This document shows positions 10,601-19,181 of a stretch of 64,000 bases of DNA, piece by piece (positions within the stretch are counted from its first letter, which is position 1; each line of letters starts with the position of its first letter). The DNA comes from Clostridia bacterium (GTDB lineage: Bacteria > Bacillota > Clostridia > Oscillospirales > CAG-272), in NCBI GenBank assembly GCA_017501225.1, contig JAFVXH010000019.1, positions 266,666 through 330,665 of the forward strand. Direction: 5' to 3'. Made by a program: the position numbers and the translations under genes. Under the pieces are notes generated by a model. It ran no database searches and had not been told where the DNA came from. It saw only the letters and a list, made by a program, of their open reading frames with translations.

Positions 10601-11353
10601 AAAAATTTCGAGTATCCCTTGCGCTACCTGCAGGGGCTCCCCACCAAGGTTGCCGCCTCGCGCCTGAGCGCGGATCTGCTGGACGCACTGACACAGGAGG
10701 ATGACGCGCAGACTGCCGTGGAGGCACAGCTCGCCCTGATGAAGGACACACCGCCCTTATTTGAACGTCTGCTCCTGCAAAAAAATACGCCGACCTCGGC
10801 TGAGATCGGCACGGCAACCCATGCGTTTTTGGAGCTTTGTGACTTCGAACGATTGCTTAAGGATGGCGTGGATTCCGAATGTCAACGCTTGACAGAGCAA
10901 GGATTTTTGAATTCTCAAGCCGTGGAGATCATCAATCGGGATATGATCAAGCGCTTCACGAAAAGCAATCTGTTCCCGATGATCACGTCGGCGAAAAGGG
11001 TTCGCAGGGAGCAAAAATTCGGAATTCTTGTTCCAATGCGTGAGCTGACGCAAAACAAGGATCTTGCACAGCATCTGGGAGAGTACCCTCTGTACGTACA
11101 GGGATCGATCGACCTGCTTTTAGAGGATGAGAACGGCAAGATCGTTCTGGTAGATTACAAAACCGATCGCATCACCAAGGAAGAGGCAGAGAATCCCGAT
11201 CTGCTTGCTAAGCATTTTTCCGAGAAGCACGGCATGCAGCTGTCCTGCTATGCGCGTGCCGTCAAGGAGATGCTTGGACGCGCCCCCGATCAGGTTTATA
11301 TCTATTCCCTTCCCGCAGCAGTCGCGCTTCCGATTGAAACGGATCGGGCGTGA
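7667..11353 (+). CDS. addA: ATP-dependent helicase/nuclease AddAB, subunit A (UvrD-type helicase plus RecB nuclease)
   Basis: 1228-aa ORF with Walker A AAAGSGKTSVL, UvrD motifs (VYIDEYQDV, KQSIYGFRG, MTMHKSKGLEFPVVF, LYVALTRA) and C-terminal nuclease motif GSIDLLLED...LVDYKTD. Confidence 0.95.
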   Translation: MEERTWTDSQENAMKRMDCAVLVSAAAGSGKTSVLSERIIRSLTETDPDTPPIDISRILVVTFTRAAAAELKGRISKALGKAMLKHPDDTRLAKQMLLVGSAQISTIDSFFQKSVRDNFEKLGIPSNFRIATEAEALPKAYEVLDALIEEYYQKYNTSSNGNFLSRNRENRFAIALDSLISNRSDGALNQKLLDFYGKFSKYPTGIEVLRISTERLTEDMKKPFFQTTYGVHIRKTQIERVTAALAYLEQVERELASNQRELLACSGILSFDQDLCAALLRALEESDYSACRALAKQSAFPSFPKISGGKSDAASRYHAWRNAFKEENAEQMRLFADFDEADIHRHLQATADLAWMLYSFYSDFRARFLEVKKEHGMLEHNDVRSMLYELLTQDGGAPSEYAKSISSQYDAVYIDEYQDVDSMQDSIFSLIGRDKRFMVGDIKQSIYGFRGSEPRLFSHYRKQMPLYGTKGAGGENGVSVFMSENFRCNKPVIDFANRICSFLFSASEENVGYREEDDLKFAKRCDNPSPAPVQLVVFEPPARKSKHAQVESNAEERSSDTSQKQEILWTAAEISRLLREECLDDGKAIKPSDIAILLRSNTAADDYVEALEALGIPAKAEGATGVLETPFMTDVLNLLRAVDNPYRDIPLSEFLISEFGGFSLEEVRTVRLSADQDRSLFDALTTVSQHEEHPLSQKVRSKLEWLAHLRELAAAEPADRFLHLLYLEELLLPYTQSEELLYLYELARTFQRQSFGGLYGFLNMISKYLENGQAPTSGFAREGGAVRVMTMHKSKGLEFPVVFVGQCGTRMNVDDLKEPLMFHDSVGFASQIFNPLTRNQEETAARCALKSVIEQELKEENIRVLYVALTRARERLYVTGTLQGKMETAEKNARRIHLGDRYSILNASNYLTWLLAAYYNQMPKKDEIPCIFHQIGADESIDAIPLFEKSGTKEVQSDPQQSSLDKDTLRYLSVLENAKNFEYPLRYLQGLPTKVAASRLSADLLDALTQEDDAQTAVEAQLALMKDTPPLFERLLLQKNTPTSAEIGTATHAFLELCDFERLLKDGVDSECQRLTEQGFLNSQAVEIINRDMIKRFTKSNLFPMITSAKRVRREQKFGILVPMRELTQNKDLAQHLGEYPLYVQGSIDLLLEDENGKIVLVDYKTDRITKEEAENPDLLAKHFSEKHGMQLSCYARAVKEMLGRAPDQVYIYSLPAAVALPIETDRA

Positions 11354-11378
11354 TTTTCTGCCGATGTCCAATGCTTAT

Positions 11379-11435
11379 CAAAAAAGCAAGCGTCCGCACA
11401 GTCCTTTGGATTGCGCGGGCGCCCTTTTATTTTTT
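11379..11435. terminator. Bidirectional intrinsic terminator between addA and the DUF2974 gene
   Basis: Stem GCGTCCGC (11390-11397) pairs with GCGGGCGC (11415-11422), one mismatch. Flanked by an A-run upstream and CCTTTTATTTTTT downstream. Confidence 0.5.
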
Positions 11436-12614
11436 ACTGGTTTTGAGTAAGTTTAGGCCTCTCTTTTGAGATTTGACTTCTTTTTTAAAAGGAAGCTCTA
11501 TCTCAGGAAGGTTGTTTTTCCCGAGAAAATCATTCAAAAGATTTTTGGTGTTGATATTGAAGAAGCGGATGATGAACTCCTGCAGTGTTTTCCGCACCTT
11601 AGGATCGAGCTCCTTGCTTTTGGCAAGCCAACGAACACCGAGAGCGGAAACGTCGGTGAGTGTTGCGCTGTTTTCCACAGTCAGAATGGAATACAGTGCC
11701 TCGATGAATTCCTGGCGCTGCTCATCCGACATACTGCGGATCCATTCGTTTATGCTTTTGTCCGCACGCTTGCTTTCGATTGCAATTCCCGGGAGCTGAA
11801 TAAAGCCGCCCCCCATAACCTCCCAATTCAGTGCGTTGTGCTGCCAAGCACCGCTCTGCTTGCTTTTGACAACGGTGTAGCGCTCCTCGTGTGTCAGGAG
11901 CATGCCTACCAGAGTGTCCTTTGGAAGTACTGTTCGGATCAAAGGACGGAGGTCATGATAGCTCGAATTTTCATAGAATTCATCGCGAAATCCGGGACCG
12001 TCGAAATTCCACATCTGAACCAATCGCTCCTGAACGTCTGCATCTGCCATCACAGCGGCGTAAACCGACAGATTTCCTCCCTTGCTGTGTCCCATCGTAT
12101 AAATAGGACCGTCGCAGTTTTGAGCAGCATTCACAAGATATGCGGTTGCCGCCCGTTGCGCGGGAACCTCCGGAAAAATACTCATATTCAGGTCTTCCTT
12201 CCAACCGACCAAAGTGTCGTCGGTGCCGCGGAAGGCGACGAACATAGCGCCGTCCTCGCTCAGAAACGTGGTAGCGGAAAACTGCATTTCCCGTTCGGTA
12301 TCAACACGGTTCACATATGCGCGCATCTGCAGGTTTCGAAAGCGGCGGCTGTCCTTGACCTCCCGTAAGAGAAGAATGATCTCCTTGGGCAGGATCAGTC
12401 CCATCGGAACCTTCTTGTAATCGGGATTTCGTGAAAAATAGGTATTTGCAACGGCGCGGAGCGGTACACACGTGCCGTCATGCTCCTCCGAAACAATTCC
12501 CGAATAATCCAGATAGGAAAGCAGTGATAATATTAAACTGTCAACCTCATTGAGGGGTACCTGAGAAAGCGGAATGTCCCCTCTCCATTTAATGTAATCA
12601 AATAAAGATGCCAT
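11427..12614 (-). CDS. DUF2974 (Mbeg1-like) alpha/beta-hydrolase family protein
   Basis: 395-aa ORF. Lipase-like nucleophile elbow GHSKGG preceded by FVAFRGTDDTLVGWKEDL. Last gene of the M18-DUF1846 operon. Confidence 0.75.
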   Translation of the reverse strand: MASLFDYIKWRGDIPLSQVPLNEVDSLILSLLSYLDYSGIVSEEHDGTCVPLRAVANTYFSRNPDYKKVPMGLILPKEIILLLREVKDSRRFRNLQMRAYVNRVDTEREMQFSATTFLSEDGAMFVAFRGTDDTLVGWKEDLNMSIFPEVPAQRAATAYLVNAAQNCDGPIYTMGHSKGGNLSVYAAVMADADVQERLVQMWNFDGPGFRDEFYENSSYHDLRPLIRTVLPKDTLVGMLLTHEERYTVVKSKQSGAWQHNALNWEVMGGGFIQLPGIAIESKRADKSINEWIRSMSDEQRQEFIEALYSILTVENSATLTDVSALGVRWLAKSKELDPKVRKTLQEFIIRFFNINTKNLLNDFLGKNNLPEIELPFKKEVKSQKRGLNLLKTSKK

Positions 12615-12642
12615 GGATCAATCCAAATTCCTTTTTGTTTTT

Positions 12643-14133
12643 TTAGCAGCCGTGATACAGTCGCTTGCTCTCGTATGCGGGATCGGACGTCAGGTAAATA
12701 CCGAGCTTTTTGAGCGTATGCTCATCTCCCTCGGAAAGGATCACCGTGGAATGCAGCTCACTCCTCCTGAGACGGGGCAGCTGCTCCATTGCCTGCTTTG
12801 CAATGGGATCGGTCAGTGCGCAGACCGAGAGTGCGATCAGCACCTCGTTCGGATGCAGACGCGGATTGGAGCTCCCGAGTGCACCGACCTTCAGGCTTGT
12901 GATCGGCTCCAGAATTTCGGGAGAGATCAGATTGATGCGGTCGTCAATATTTGCCAAGAGCTTCAGCGCGTTCAGAAGTGCTGCCGAAACAGCCCCTAAA
13001 AGGCGCGAGGTCTTGCCCGTAACGGTTCTGCCGTCCGGCAACTCAATGGCAACCGCAGGCTTCCCCGCTGTTTCCGAGGATTTTTTACGCGCCGCCTCTG
13101 CTACACTCCGATATTCGGGAAGGATCCCTGCCGATTGCATGATCAGCTTTAATTTTTCCACGTCGTGACTGTCGCCGCCGTCCTTCCGCATATCGCACAG
13201 CGCGTGGTAGTATCTGCGTACGATCTCCATATTGGCAGCAGACCGTACCGCCTCATCGTCCAGGATACAGTTTCCTGCCATATTGACACCCATATCAGTG
13301 GGAGATTGATAGGGGCATTCCCCATAGATGCGTGTAAACATTGCCGTTACAACGGGGAAAATTTCAACGTCACGGTTATAGTTGACCGCCGTCGTGCCGT
13401 AAGCCTCCAAGTGATAAGGGTCGATCATATTCATATCGTTCAGATCCGCGGTTGCCGCCTCATACGCGACGTTGACGGGATGCTTTAAGGGAAGATTCCA
13501 TACCGGGAAGGTCTCGAACTTTGCATATCCCGAGCGTCTGCCACGCAGGTTATCGTGGTACAGCTGGCTTAAGCAGGTTGCCATTTTGCCACTGCCGGGA
13601 CCGGGAGCTGTGATGACCACAAGAGATCGCGTGGTTTCGATATAGTCGTTTTTGCCGTAGCCCTCGTCGCTGACGATGCGGTCAATATCCGAAGGATATC
13701 CTTCGATGGGATAGTGACGGTAGACCTTGACGCCCAAGGATTCCAGACGCTTCTGAAATTTGACCGCTGCGGGCTGATCCTGCCAGCGCGTCAGAACCAC
13801 GCTTCCAACGTACAAGCCAAAGTTGCGGAATGCGTCGATCAGACGGAGGGTGTCAAGATCGTAGGTGATGCCAAGATCTCCCCTGACCTTATTCTTTTCA
13901 ATGTCGTTTGCATTGATGGCAAGGACGATTTCCGCCTGATCCTTGAGCTGAATAAGCATACGGATTTTGCTATCCGGTGCAAAGCCCGGCAGAACGCGCG
14001 AGGCGTGATAATCGTCAAAGAGCTTTCCGCCGAATTCCAGATACAGCTTTCCGCCAAACTGATCGATGCGCTCGCGAATGCGCTCTGATTGCAATGCAAT
14101 ATACTTTTCATTGTCAAAGCCGAGCTTATACAT
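12643..14133 (-). CDS. DUF1846 / UPF0371 family protein
   Basis: 496-aa ORF. N-terminus MYKLGFDNEKYIALQSERIRERI and P-loop-like TAPGPGSGKMATCLSQLYHD match my recollection of UPF0371. Overlaps the upstream aminopeptidase gene by 8 nt. Confidence 0.8.
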   Translation of the reverse strand: MYKLGFDNEKYIALQSERIRERIDQFGGKLYLEFGGKLFDDYHASRVLPGFAPDSKIRMLIQLKDQAEIVLAINANDIEKNKVRGDLGITYDLDTLRLIDAFRNFGLYVGSVVLTRWQDQPAAVKFQKRLESLGVKVYRHYPIEGYPSDIDRIVSDEGYGKNDYIETTRSLVVITAPGPGSGKMATCLSQLYHDNLRGRRSGYAKFETFPVWNLPLKHPVNVAYEAATADLNDMNMIDPYHLEAYGTTAVNYNRDVEIFPVVTAMFTRIYGECPYQSPTDMGVNMAGNCILDDEAVRSAANMEIVRRYYHALCDMRKDGGDSHDVEKLKLIMQSAGILPEYRSVAEAARKKSSETAGKPAVAIELPDGRTVTGKTSRLLGAVSAALLNALKLLANIDDRINLISPEILEPITSLKVGALGSSNPRLHPNEVLIALSVCALTDPIAKQAMEQLPRLRRSELHSTVILSEGDEHTLKKLGIYLTSDPAYESKRLYHGC

Positions 14134-15460
14134 GATCTCCCTCCTTGGATGTCAATTGATAGCTTCCGTCGCCAAGGGCTTTTACGCTGCTTTCGTAAAA
14201 CGCCTTCATGGCTCTGCACAAATACTCGGTATCGGCACTTCCGGCGCTTTCGTATGCCGAGTGCATCGCAAGCTGCGCCATGCCGATATCGACCGTGATC
14301 AGGGGGACCAGCGTATTGGAGATGCTTCCGAGCGTCGATCCTCCCGCCATGTCACTGCGGTTGGAGAAATACTGAACCGGAACTCCTGCACGGCGGCAGA
14401 TCTCGGTGAAAATGGAAGCGGAAATCCCGTCCGTGGTGTATTTTTGTGCCGCGTTGGACTTGATCACCACGCCACCGTTCAGGCGGGGGGAGTTTTGCGC
14501 GTCGCTCAGCTCAGGATGATTGGGGTGCTTGGCATGACCGTTGTCGGCAGAAACCATCATCGAGGAAGCAAGCAAGCGGCATTTGTCCAAGGAAAGGCTT
14601 TTACATACGCGGTCGAGAACGTCCGAAAGGAACACGGAGCCCGCGCCCTGCTTGGTGGCGCTTCCCGTTTCCTCGTTGTCTGCCGCATAGTAAAGCGTCA
14701 GCGCTCCTTGATTGTCCGCCTTGCAAAAGCCGTCAAGCGTTGCATAGGCACACATCAGATTATCAATTCTGGGAGCCGAGAAGAATTCATTGTCCGCGCC
14801 AAAGATGCAAGGCTTTGTGCGGTTGTAAACGTACAGATCCGCGCCCGCGATCTCGTCCTCAGAGCAGGAAAGCTCCTGCGCCAGAAGCTTCTTGACAGAT
14901 GCCTTCTTGCCGTCATCCTGCGCAAACAGAGGAAGCATATCCACCGCGGGATTGAAGGAATAGCCCGAATTGACGCCCCGGTTCTGATGGATCGCGACGT
15001 TGGGGATCAGGAGCAGATCACGGTCTATCTTGACGGTTTTTGCAAGGAATTCCCCATCCTTGCACAAAATAACACGCCCTGCCAAGGAGAGCGGTCTGTC
15101 CATCCAGCTTGACAGAATGGTGCCGCCGTAGCACTCGGTGTTCAGACGCACGTATTCTCCGAACGCAACACTCTTTTCATTTTCCTTGAGCTTGAACATC
15201 GGAGAGTCGGTATGGCTTGCGGCAATCATGGCAGACGTGATCTTGCCCGTGGGAACACGGAACGCAATGATCGAGGATTGGTTACGGGTAACAAAATATC
15301 CCTTTCCTGCCTCAAGGCTCCATTCCTCGGACTCGTTGAGGGGAATCAAACCCTGATTTTGCAGGCGCTCACAAACCGTTTTGACTGCGTGAAAGGCGGT
15401 GGGGCTTTCCTCAATAAATTCGATCAGCTTTTTCGTTTGGTCCAAAAAAATCTTTTCCAT
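14126..15460 (-). CDS. M18-family aminopeptidase (aspartyl aminopeptidase-like)
   Basis: Start at ATG 15460 (MEKIFLD) after AAGGGAAG; the track start 15478 is TTG. Family-typical SPTAFHAV near the N-terminus, plus HTDSP, DNEETGS and MHSAYE motifs. Confidence 0.88.
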   Translation of the reverse strand: MEKIFLDQTKKLIEFIEESPTAFHAVKTVCERLQNQGLIPLNESEEWSLEAGKGYFVTRNQSSIIAFRVPTGKITSAMIAASHTDSPMFKLKENEKSVAFGEYVRLNTECYGGTILSSWMDRPLSLAGRVILCKDGEFLAKTVKIDRDLLLIPNVAIHQNRGVNSGYSFNPAVDMLPLFAQDDGKKASVKKLLAQELSCSEDEIAGADLYVYNRTKPCIFGADNEFFSAPRIDNLMCAYATLDGFCKADNQGALTLYYAADNEETGSATKQGAGSVFLSDVLDRVCKSLSLDKCRLLASSMMVSADNGHAKHPNHPELSDAQNSPRLNGGVVIKSNAAQKYTTDGISASIFTEICRRAGVPVQYFSNRSDMAGGSTLGSISNTLVPLITVDIGMAQLAMHSAYESAGSADTEYLCRAMKAFYESSVKALGDGSYQLTSKEGDHV

Positions 15461-15528
15461 TTCGTTCTTCCCTTTCAAGCAGTTTGATTTTTTGCCGCAA
15501 TGGCATGCGAGAAAAAATATACAGTATC

Positions 15529-15557
15529 ATTATACCACGCGACCGCAAAAAAAGCAA
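15529..15557 (-). promoter_or_regulatory. Sigma-A type promoter of the M18-DUF1846-DUF2974 operon
   Basis: On the minus strand: TTGCTT (15557-15552), 17 nt, then TGgTATAAT with -10 at 15534-15529. Confidence 0.5.
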
Positions 15558-15598
15558 CCGGAAGATTGGATTTTTTTCGATTATTTTCTCAAATTTTC

Positions 15599-15640
15599 TC
15601 AAAAAGAAAGGAAGCCGCAAAACCGATGTCTGCGGCCTCC
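15599..15640 (-). terminator. Intrinsic terminator of the 219-aa membrane protein gene
   Basis: Stem GGAAGCCGCA (15610-15619) pairs with TGCGGCCTCC (15631-15640), one mismatch. A U-rich tract follows on the minus strand (plus-strand AAAAAGAAAG, 15601-15610). Confidence 0.65.
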
Positions 15641-15654
15641 TGTAACCGATTTGA

Positions 15655-16314
15655 TTAGTAGAACAGCTCGATGTTGTGCTTGATATATCCGAGCATTCTG
15701 CCGCGGATGTATCTCTCGTTTCCTGAGATGAAGCTTTTGATCTTTTCGGGGTTGTCGCGTAGATGCTCCATCATATAGCGGAACGCCTTGACCATTTCCT
15801 GCTCGCCGCCCTGCTCCAGCGCGCTGCAGAGTGAATTGACGGTGGCATCGCTTGCCGTGAACAAAAGCTGCCAATAAGCCTCCAGATTCTTATCTGCCAG
15901 GTCATAAAGCATTTTGTATGCCAACAGCGGGCGGTATACCTTGCGGTATCCAAGCTTGGTTGCGTTTTCCAGCACGTCGCCCTGCCAGAGCTCCTCCACG
16001 GTGGAAGCGACCATAGACTGATAGAAGGTCATGCGTTCGTTGACCATTTTGAAGGTCAGCGCATCAACCGAAATATTGGCTTTCTTCTGGCGGTCAAACA
16101 GGAAGAAGTTGGGCTCCTTGTCACGTGAGATCCAGATGTAGTACACGATGAGAAGCGACAGTAAGATCATCAGTGCCCCAATGATGGAAAGCATGACCTT
16201 TTTATAAGTGGCGTCCGCACCGGGGACGGCGAATACAAGCAAGAGGATGGCACCCACAAGGCTCACACCTGCGACAAGCCACCAGATCCACGTCAGATTC
16301 TGTTTCGATTTCAT
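15655..16314 (-). CDS. Hypothetical membrane protein (two N-terminal TM helices, helical C-terminal domain)
   Basis: 219-aa ORF with its own terminator. Hydrophobic segments WIWWLVAGVSLVGAILLLVFAV and VMLSIIGALMILLSLLIVYYIW. No family recognised. Confidence 0.65.
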   Translation of the reverse strand: MKSKQNLTWIWWLVAGVSLVGAILLLVFAVPGADATYKKVMLSIIGALMILLSLLIVYYIWISRDKEPNFFLFDRQKKANISVDALTFKMVNERMTFYQSMVASTVEELWQGDVLENATKLGYRKVYRPLLAYKMLYDLADKNLEAYWQLLFTASDATVNSLCSALEQGGEQEMVKAFRYMMEHLRDNPEKIKSFISGNERYIRGRMLGYIKHNIELFY

Positions 16315-16494
16315 TTTGGATTCCTTTCTTTTACAGCTTTATCAGTCATGGGCGAAAGATCACCCCGTAAAGATCCGGATTGGGAATTCTTGCTTTTATT
16401 ATAGCATACCGATTTTCGCTTTGCAAGATATTTTTTTGAATTTTGTTGCATTTTTGTCGTACTTGATGACGGCGATGTAAATTTTTTGATTTTG

Positions 16495-16523
16495 TTGACA
16501 TTTGGGAAAAATTATGGTAGAAT
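16495..16523 (+). promoter_or_regulatory. Sigma-A type promoter of the DUF624-like gene
   Basis: TTGACA (16495-16500), 17 nt, then TGgTAGAAT with -10 at 16518-16523. Confidence 0.55.
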
Positions 16524-16549
16524 AAAGTGATACCATCTGCAAAGGAAGT

Positions 16550-17566
16550 GTGATTTTGGAAAATCAGATCAAAAAGAATAAATGGACCGACTTTTTCAAC
16601 TTCAATCGCGACAACCGTCCCGATGCCAAGGAGGAGGATACCACACCGAACGTCAAGTTCTATTTCAAATCCCTTCTCAGGAAATTCTGGAAGCTTTCCG
16701 CCCTCAATCTGATGATGATGGTGGGCGCGATTCCGCTTTTCGTGGCGTTTTTTCTCAGCTTGAATATTCCGACCACTCCCGCAGGAAACGACGTGATCTT
16801 TCCCCAGCTTTACGGGGCAAACCTGATCGACGCCTCCCCCATCACAACCTTCTTCCTGGATCTGTTCGGTGCGCAGAGCGCAGTCCACGTTTACTCGGCG
16901 ATGGGCTATTATATCGGCATTGCGGCCTGCATTCTGGTGTTCGCCATCACCTTTGGCTGGCAGAACGTCGGCGTTACCTACGTTTTGCGCGGCATGGTAA
17001 GAGGCGAGCCCGTATTCCTGATCTCGGATTATTTTTACGGAATCAAGAAGAATCTCAAGCAGGGATTTTTCTTAGGACTGATCGATGCCCTGGTCCTCTT
17101 TTTCCTGGGCTATGATTTTCTGTTCTTCCTCAATCGGACCGGTACGTTTTTCATGGACGTCGGCTTTTATGCCGTGCTTGCAATGGCAGTGCTCTACTTC
17201 TTTATGAGATTTTATCTCTATCTGCTGCAGATCACCTTTCACCTCTCCATTCGCAAGATCCTGAAAAACGCCCTGATCTTTGCGATTCTTGGATTCAAGC
17301 GCAACTTCATGGGAGCGCTCGGAATGGTACTTCTGACGGCAATTCTTGCACTCTTCCTTCCCTTAATGGCGTTCAACATCGTGCTTGTGCTGATCCTGCC
17401 GATCCTGTTCTATTTTGCCTGCACCGCATTTACCGCGGCATATGCCGCATATCCTATCATCGACCGCTACATGATCGCCCCTTACGTAAATGCGGAGGAC
17501 GACGGCACGGATGCGGAAGCAGAAGCAGAAACAGAGGACTCCGAGGAGCCCTCTGCGGACAATTAA
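16550..17566 (+). CDS. YesL/DUF624-like polytopic membrane protein with acidic C-terminal tail
   Basis: 338-aa ORF with multiple TM segments. N-terminal region FKSLLRKFWKLSALNLMMMVGAIPLF resembles DUF624. Start is GTG 16550, or TTG 16556 which is better spaced from AAAGGAAG. Tail is EDDGTDAEAEAETEDSEEP. Confidence 0.6.
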   Translation: MILENQIKKNKWTDFFNFNRDNRPDAKEEDTTPNVKFYFKSLLRKFWKLSALNLMMMVGAIPLFVAFFLSLNIPTTPAGNDVIFPQLYGANLIDASPITTFFLDLFGAQSAVHVYSAMGYYIGIAACILVFAITFGWQNVGVTYVLRGMVRGEPVFLISDYFYGIKKNLKQGFFLGLIDALVLFFLGYDFLFFLNRTGTFFMDVGFYAVLAMAVLYFFMRFYLYLLQITFHLSIRKILKNALIFAILGFKRNFMGALGMVLLTAILALFLPLMAFNIVLVLILPILFYFACTAFTAAYAAYPIIDRYMIAPYVNAEDDGTDAEAEAETEDSEEPSADN

Positions 17567-18240
17567 TCATATAACAGTTCCCGAACCGTGACCGGTTCAA
17601 AGCCACGCGCCAGAAGCTCGGGGAGCAATCGCTCCAGGGCTTGTGGCGTTTTGCTTTTTCTCCCGATATAATCGTGCATCAGAATAATATCTCCCGATTT
17701 GACCGAGGAGAGCACACAGTCCACGATTTTTTCCTCGTCCTTGCTCTCCCAATCTCTGGTGTCAAGACTCCAGAGAATGATCGAATAATCCGCCTCCAGC
17801 GTGCATTTCTGTACCTGCGGATTCAACGCTCCCTGCGGAGGACGCAAAATATGAGGATGATAGTCGCAAAGCTCCGCCAAAGCCTGCTCACAGCGCTCCA
17901 TTTCCCGCTTTACCTCGGCTTCGTTTAAGTGTGTCATGATGCTGTGAGAAAAGGTGTGGTTTCCGACCTCGTGCCCGCGGCTGATCACGTCCCTTGCGGC
18001 ATCGGGATAGTTGATGACGTTGACGCCAACCATAAAAAAGGTTGCCTTGACGCCGTAAGCATCCAGAATGTCCAGGATCTGCTTGGTTTGCGTCGGATGC
18101 GGACCGTCGTCAAAGGTGATCGCGATCTTCATGGAGTCGGTTTCGACGGAACGGTATACCTCGCTTTGCGCAAAGCTATCCAATTTCAGTCCGCTAACCA
18201 GGATCCAGAGTGCCGTGAGGCAGGAAAGCATGCGCATCAT
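17563..18240 (-). CDS. Polysaccharide deacetylase (NodB/CE4 domain), secreted
   Basis: 225-aa ORF with a signal peptide. CE4 motifs ITFDDGP and GHEVGNHTFSH. Overlaps the upstream deacetylase gene by 4 nt. Confidence 0.9.
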   Translation of the reverse strand: MMRMLSCLTALWILVSGLKLDSFAQSEVYRSVETDSMKIAITFDDGPHPTQTKQILDILDAYGVKATFFMVGVNVINYPDAARDVISRGHEVGNHTFSHSIMTHLNEAEVKREMERCEQALAELCDYHPHILRPPQGALNPQVQKCTLEADYSIILWSLDTRDWESKDEEKIVDCVLSSVKSGDIILMHDYIGRKSKTPQALERLLPELLARGFEPVTVRELLYD

Positions 18241-19031
18241 GACGGCACCCGGGAGGTCAATTCCTCTAACGTGCCAAAGCGGTACCCCATGCCCTTCAAT
18301 TCACGGATCACGTCCTGTAAAATCGCGGCGTTCGTTGCGGAGGTCGGATGCAGGAGCATGACCTCTCCGTTGTGGATGTTGTCCATAATGATCTGCTTTG
18401 CGCGCTCGAGGGAGGGCTGCTTTTCATTGTCCCAATCGGGATAGGCAAAGCTCCAAAAGACGGTTTTGTATCCGTTTTCCATCACGCATTGCAGGTTTTC
18501 CCTGCTGAACGTTCCCTCCGGGGGGCGGTAAAAGCGCGCCATTTCAAGGCCTGTGCATTCCCGATACAGCGATTCAAGTCCGTGCAGCTCCTCGAGAAGC
18601 TCTGCGTCACTCCTTCGTGACATATCCCGATGGTTCATCGTATGATTGCAAACGAGATGCCCCTCCTGCGCCATGCGCGCAATCAGCTCCGGATTTTTCA
18701 AAATCAGGTTTTTCAGGACAAAAAATGCCCCTGTGACCTCCTCCTCTCTCATAACGTCAAGGATCTTTGCTACGTTTCCGTTCTCATAGCCTGCATCAAA
18801 GGTGAGATAAATCACCTTTTCAGAGCCGTTTGCGTCGGAATAACGGTGATCCAGATAATATCCACCCAACGCTTCTACAAACGATAAACGTGCATCTGCC
18901 TTGGGCTGGATATGCCCCTTTTGGTGGGCGCAATACCAATGGTAGCTTTGACGCTCGGCTGCGACCGAGGGTTGAGAAAAGACCGTGAGCATGCATAAAA
19001 AACAAAGTGCAAGCACCGTAAAACGCTTCAT
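18237..19031 (-). CDS. Polysaccharide deacetylase, PdaA-like (delta-lactam/cortex type)
   Basis: Start at ATG 19031 (MKRFTVLALCFLC..., signal peptide), 9 nt after GGAAAGGA. PdaA-like motifs LTFDAGYENG and GHLVCNHTMNH. Confidence 0.82.
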   Translation of the reverse strand: MKRFTVLALCFLCMLTVFSQPSVAAERQSYHWYCAHQKGHIQPKADARLSFVEALGGYYLDHRYSDANGSEKVIYLTFDAGYENGNVAKILDVMREEEVTGAFFVLKNLILKNPELIARMAQEGHLVCNHTMNHRDMSRRSDAELLEELHGLESLYRECTGLEMARFYRPPEGTFSRENLQCVMENGYKTVFWSFAYPDWDNEKQPSLERAKQIIMDNIHNGEVMLLHPTSATNAAILQDVIRELKGMGYRFGTLEELTSRVPS

Positions 19032-19181
19032 CGTCAACATTCCTTTCCGTTGAATTTTGATGAACTCTGCGTTTAGTGTTTGCACTTTGTTCTGTCGGTA
19101 CTACAAGAAAAGGCTGGCTCTGTTCTCATTTTTAAGAAAAGTGCCGAATTTCCTTGCACTTTTTGGAATAAATCAAAAAAA

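Noticed and set aside
16582-17115. A 177-aa alternative-frame ORF inside the DUF624-like gene, and similar R/P/S-rich internal ORFs throughout (for example 9228..9563, 49056..49574, 53726..54109).
   Set aside because: These are arginine/proline-rich off-frame products of GC-biased coding sequence. They have no start context or motifs.
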